From Pavona decussata (Eukaryota): 64,000 nucleotides of DNA. A program made the position numbers and the translations under genes. Shown here one piece after another: positions 60,701 to 64,000 of the stretch. The notes under the pieces are model-generated. The model was not told where the DNA came from and did no database searches. It saw only the letters and a program-made list of their open reading frames with translations. The stretch is from positions 2,790,001 through 2,854,000 of the forward strand of contig CDRNST010000214.1 in assembly GCA_977016875.1 (NCBI GenBank), given 5' to 3'. Within the stretch, counting starts at the first letter, position 1, and each line of letters starts with the position of its first letter.

Positions 60701-63676
60701 CATGGCCACCTGTTCCTTTGCCACCTTGAGCTGAGATAAGACCATTTAATTCAAGTCGTTTTCCAACTTCCCACAGGAGTTGTCCACCTCCGGTACCTCC
60801 TGTTCCCCCACCATTTCCGCCTCCGCTGCCAAGAACCAAGGGGCGATAAACCGAACCATACGCTGGACCACCTTCACGGGCACCCCTCCCACCGTGTCCT
60901 GCACCACGACCAATCCAGTAAGAAACAGAAAAGCTGTTTCCTGCCCCAGGCCCTTGCTCGGGCGGATGGCCTCCCATGTCCAAGTTGAAATGACCTTGAC
61001 TGTCCAACCAAGCAAACGTGGATAGCATCTCGCCGTGATTCATGCTCAGCTTTCCTCGATATTTTACTTTCAAAATATCGCAGGTTATTCTCAAGAACCC
61101 CGTGTTTTTACGAAACTCGACATCGCCACCTTTCTTGACAACAATAACGGCAAAGGAAATATTACCCGGTTCCGACACTGCAATATAGTTTTTGTTTTCT
61201 ATCAGGGCCGTTTGCACGGTTGAAAAGAAATCTGCTACAGCGCCCTCCGAGACCAGCAAATCCCGCACACCAACGATCATTCCTTCATAGATAGACCGAG
61301 TACCATGCATATGAAACTCAGAAGGTAAAATGATCTCTGCTCCAACATCAATCTTGTAGCTACATGGTGCTTCAGTTTTGTTAGTTTCCGACTCTATGTA
61401 CTCTACAAAGACCTTCTGATCTTGGCGGATGTGAAACTGCCCACTCTTGTCGCCTATAAACTTGTGCACTACAGCCGTGACATTGACATTTCCTGGGTGG
61501 TACACCACAAGACGTGAATTTCCGGTTAGTTCCATTTCATCAAATTCGTAGTAAGTGGTGTTTTCCTCCATAAGTACAGTGGCCCCTGGTACAAGCAAGC
61601 CGTCATTGTCGATGTGCACGTAAGTGTGATCAACAGCCAACATGGTGGTGTTTGTTTCCTTCATGTACTTGCGGTGACGGTATTCAAGAGGCCTGAAGTT
61701 CTCTTCTTTGTACACCGTACCAGCAGGCCCACCATACTTACCACTCTTGCCTCCGTGATCTGTAAACTTCCCACCGTATCTATATCGCCACCTGCAATGA
61801 ATTCCAACTCGTCCACCCGATCCTCCACTTCCAAGGCCAGTGCCAGAACCGCCCGGGACAGAGATCTCCCCATGACCAGTCATATTCGTTGTAGTAATTA
61901 AGATGCTACCTCCACTTCCACCACCTGCGCTCGTTCCTTTTCCGTCCGTTCCTTTTGAAGAGAGGAGCCCGTTTATCTGAAGTCTTTTGCCAACAATCCA
62001 GAAGATGGACCCACCACCGGAGCCGCCTACTCCTTGTCCATTCCCTCCCCCGCTACCATACATCCGAGGGGTGTAAACAGAGTCATACGGGATCCCACCT
62101 TCACCAGAATCTGTCTTTCCACCTTCTCCACCGTGACCAGCTCCGGAGCCAACATTGTTTTGCGTTATTCCACGCCCTACACCCTCTTCTGGTCCAAATC
62201 CTGTGCCGTCCAGAATAAGACTGCCTTCGCTTTCAATCCAGCCAAACGCCGAGTAAATATATCCATGATTCATGTTCATCCGCCCTTCATACTTGATCCT
62301 AAACTCGGAACATCTTAAGCTTAACGTGTGGTTAAGAATACGGCTGAAGGTCATTTGCGAGTTTCTTTCCACGGTAACTGTAGCAAACGAGAAGTTGCCT
62401 TTCTCGTCTATCTCAACATAACGGCGATTCTCGACTCTAGCAGTCTCAGCGGTGGAAGAAAACTCAACAAAACCACCACTTGCGATGATCAAGTCTTCCA
62501 CTCCAGTGATACGTCCCTCAATAATGCTTCTTGTCCCGTAAATATTGACAATAGCCGGAAACACAACTTCAGCTCCTTGATCAATCTTGTAACTGCATGG
62601 TGCCGTGGTCTCGTTGGTTTCAGACTCGACGACTTCCACGTATATCGTCTGATTCACTCTGACGTGAAACCTTCCCGTGCCGTCACCAAGGAAATGGTGA
62701 ATGATAACAGTGACATTAAGACCTCCCGGTGGGTGTCTAACCTGCAGATTAGCGTGTCTCGTCAAGAACAGTTCATCCAGCTCATAGAACAAATGCTCGC
62801 TCTCCAACAACATCGAAGACATGTCGGTTTTACGATCTTCGTTGTCAACTTGCATGTACCTGTGAGTTGCAGTAACGTACGTCTTATTCGTGCTTTTGTC
62901 ATACTTCAAGTCAGCATATTGTGGTCCACGAGCAGTTTCTTCAACATACACCGTACCCGCTGCAGCGTAGGTTTTTCCTCCACCTCCGTAAGCTTTGAAC
63001 GCGCCTGCATACTTATGCCTGAACCGCACATGCGCAGAGATACGACCACCTGAGCCACCAGATCCACTCGGACCCGAACCATCTCCTCCCATGACATTTA
63101 CTTCTCCATAACCAGTAAAGTTTGTTGTCTCGATGAGAATACTTCCTCCACTACCCCCGCCAGCACTCGTACCAGAACCGTCTCTACCTCGCAAGGTGAC
63201 AAGTCCATCCAGCTCTATCTCCTGTCCAATTCTCCAATGAAGCATCCCTCCCCCAGAGCCCCCCTTTCCTTGTCCATTGCCTCCACCACTACCAAAGTGA
63301 AGTGCGCGGTATATGGAACCATATGGTTCTCCTCCAAGCTGCCCCGCCTGATAAACACCACCTTCACCACCATGGCCTGCTCCAGAGCCAATCATGTTCT
63401 TCGTATTGCCAGAACCAGGGCCCAACTCTGCTGGGTGGCCAGTGTAGTCCAAGACAAGTTTGCCTTCGCTTTCGACCCAAGCCCATGAAGAATCGATCTC
63501 ACCGTGATTGATGTTAACTAACGCGTGGTACTTAAGCCTGAAAATAATCGCAGTAAAGACAAGCGTGTTGTTGATTCGTGAAAATTCCAATCGCGAGCCT
63601 TTCTGGACATAAACTTCAGCAAATGTGATGTTACCAGGTGTTGTGAGGAAACGAAATTCTCTGTTTTCTTTAATAC
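20865..63676 (-). CDS. Giant (>10,000 aa) single-pass membrane protein: Gly-rich repeats + EGF array + 9x(EGF/VWD/LamG-pentraxin/C8) + TM + PDZ-binding tail; 5'-partial, 20 exons
   Basis: Exons (minus strand, 5'->3'): 63676-60300, 59187-58431, 57492-57250, 56839-56582, 55984-55499, 54964-54557, 53548-53256, 52727-52061, 51532-51326, 50873-49521, 48808-48185, 47971-47642, 46752-46275, 45603-44915, 44386-42097, 41649-41520, 40276-37288, 36559-34063, 33274-22252, 21797-20865. All introns are GT-AG with matching phases; the total is 30,032 nt (2 nt + 10,010 codons including stop). Confidence 0.88.
22252..33274 (-). CDS. Giant gene 11,023-bp exon: cassettes 4-9
   Basis: Within the 3697-aa ORF; six ~630-aa EGF-VWD-LamG-C8 cassettes (the last completes in the next exon); acceptor aatag|G and donor AAG|gtaaca. 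Confidence 0.93.
34063..36559 (-). CDS. Giant gene exon: cassettes 2-3
   Basis: Within the 912-aa ORF; GHFTNFD, ALCGNCDGNREND, LIDEVRFWN. Confidence 0.92.
37288..40276 (-). CDS. Giant gene exon: cassettes 1-2 (EGF, VWD, LamG/pentraxin, C8-like)
   Basis: 998-aa ORF. VWD (AHYTTFDG...GLCSSCDSNIEND); LamG (WNQIALVW...GGILALG...FIGQIDELRIWN...WKFNEGYG). Confidence 0.92.
41520..41649 (-). CDS. Giant gene small exon (not in ORF track)
   Basis: ttacag|A CTG CAA GAC ... AAC AAT|gtaagt encodes (R)LQDSNPIAWVLAFPVSNERKAAVVDSSLIHSMRCTDSSAPANN and bridges phase 2 to phase 0 exactly. Confidence 0.8.
42097..44386 (-). CDS. Giant gene exon: EGF/laminin-EGF array and start of orphan domain
   Basis: Overlaps the 725-aa ORF; EGF repeats followed by PIVNC...AWFGYNNKN...GQPSKFVPG. 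Confidence 0.9.
44915..45603 (-). CDS. Giant gene exon, EGF array
   Basis: EGF repeats, phase 2-1. Confidence 0.9.
46014..46143 (-). pseudogene. Frameshifted intronic duplicate of EGF-coding exon segment 42626-42753
   Basis: Same orientation with long identical runs (gatgtagtttgtaatgcatttatcacattcagatcct; acacttacaggctggtaagttgcct); carries a 1-bp deletion and a 3-bp insertion. Confidence 0.85.
46275..46752 (-). CDS. Giant gene exon, EGF array
   Basis: EGF repeats, phase 1-2. Confidence 0.9.
47265..47499. mobile_element. Harbinger/PIF-like MITE
   Basis: ggccgggttgttcgaaagcc...ggctttgaacaactgggcc; homologous along its length to 57762-58000. Confidence 0.8.
47642..47971 (-). CDS. Giant gene exon, EGF array
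   Basis: EGF repeats, phase 1-1. Confidence 0.9.
48185..48808 (-). CDS. Giant gene exon, EGF array
   Basis: EGF repeats, phase 1-1. Confidence 0.9.
49521..50873 (-). CDS. Giant gene exon: end of Gly-rich region and start of EGF array
   Basis: CSGHGxC...CxCxxGxxGxxC tenascin-type EGF repeats. Confidence 0.9.
51326..51532 (-). CDS. Giant gene exon, Gly-rich repeat
   Basis: AGSGGGKSSASGGGVLYV...GGGGASGGTVRV. Confidence 0.85.
52061..52727 (-). CDS. Giant gene exon, Gly-rich repeat
   Basis: ISGKVVELYAKKVTGDKTGKLH...GAGHGGRGG. Confidence 0.85.
53256..53548 (-). CDS. Giant gene exon
   Basis: GAGSGGRIVVYL...HGSPGTVFV...YDFERVHL; CAG|gtaagg donor. Confidence 0.86.
53580..53960. repeat. Two degenerate copies of a ~105-130-bp satellite-like unit
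   Basis: tgccgttag...tatggtactgttt...ttcagtctgt.gttgac.tcctaaattgt at about 53583 and 53836; a related diverged pair lies at about 59428 and 59671. Confidence 0.6.
54557..54964 (-). CDS. Giant gene exon, Gly-rich repeat
   Basis: GSGPGSGSGNTGGSHASPGG...PGSGGGYGAGGG...GGGSGGAI. Confidence 0.87.
55499..55984 (-). CDS. Giant gene exon, Gly-rich repeat spacer
   Basis: HSTVIFYHP...GDKTG...VVEST...APCGFHVD; phase 1-1. Confidence 0.87.
56582..56839 (-). CDS. Giant gene exon, Gly-rich repeat spacer
   Basis: GAAGTVYKYESRRGPQY...VIMENQTVFYEFDE, paralogous to the repeat segment in the 60300-63676 exon. Confidence 0.87.
57250..57492 (-). CDS. Giant gene exon, Gly-rich repeat
   Basis: GGGSLWWQVGKNIHLDG...GGGGSGGSVFVETTN...GAGGRIGVH; phase 1-1. 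Confidence 0.87.
57762..58000. mobile_element. Harbinger/PIF-like MITE
   Basis: TIR ggtcgggttgttcgaaagcc / ggctttgaacaactgggcc with 3-bp CTG target duplication. Confidence 0.82.
58431..59187 (-). CDS. Giant gene exon, Gly-rich repeat
   Basis: VELTGYSRLIVYHP...GSGAGFGGQGG...LGSGGG; cag|GTG acceptor, G|gtaagt donor. Confidence 0.88.
60300..63676 (-). CDS. Giant gene exon: about three ~410-aa glycine-rich repeats
   Basis: Lies within the 1200-aa ORF. GxGAGHGGxG / GSGGGNG / GGGSGGSILI / GGSGGR motifs recur about every 1230 nt. Acceptor ttttag|GT at 63676; donor GAG|gttaga at 60300. Confidence 0.88.
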
Positions 63677-63879
63677 CTAAAACGCAATTTTGAAAAAGAT
63701 AATCACTCGGTAAAGAAAAGACCTCAAGTTTGATATACTTTTTCTCTACACGCAAAACTTTTAAAGGTTTAAAAGTGCTGGTTTAATACTGGCCTTGCCA
63801 ATTAAGCCCCAAAACAGTCCCTGGAAGTTGTTACTCAACACTAGTTTAACATTCTTGTAATTAAATTGGAAAGAAGAAA

Positions 63880-63958
63880 TAGATTGATTGATTGATTGAT
63901 TGATCGGTTGATCAATTGATCGTTCATTTGGTTGGTCGATGAATTGATGTATTGATTG
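63880..63958. repeat. (GATT)n tetranucleotide microsatellite, degenerate
   Basis: gattgattgattgattgattgat... Confidence 0.8.
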
Positions 63959-64000
63959 AAAAAAAAATGTAATTTTGTTCACGTAGACAAGGAGCACCAA

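Noticed and set aside
21883-63511. Numerous plus-strand and alternative-frame ORFs of 60-240 aa
   Set aside because: They are antisense or frame shadows of the long minus-strand exons, with no independent motifs or splice logic.

Overview
Eukaryotic (animal) genomic DNA with spliceosomal introns. The repeat families resemble those I recall from stony corals/anthozoans; this taxon call is an inference. The window holds two convergent genes. (1) On +, the 3' 22 coding exons of HID1 (563..16152, 614 aa in window, 5' end outside), including one GC-AG intron. (2) On -, an unnamed giant gene (20865..63676, 5' end outside). I assembled 20 exons with consistent splice phases, totalling 30,032 coding nt, i.e. 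about 10,010 aa in this window alone. It is a predicted type I membrane protein. From N to C it has: about six ~410-aa glycine-rich repeats; a ~1,900-aa tenascin/teneurin-like EGF array built from 4-EGF units; a small orphan domain resembling bacterial secreted proteins; nine [EGF-EGF-VWD-LamG/pentraxin-C8-like] cassettes; a TM helix; and a cytoplasmic tail ending in the PDZ ligand ETAV. Only the membrane-proximal VWD retains the GDPH autocleavage motif, and one internal exon is 11,023 bp. Introns and the intergenic gap carry many MITEs and non-autonomous DNA transposons, tRNA-derived SINEs, a 28-bp minisatellite and a frameshifted intronic copy of one of the giant gene's own exon segments. 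Most short ORFs in the track are antisense or alternative-frame shadows, or noise.
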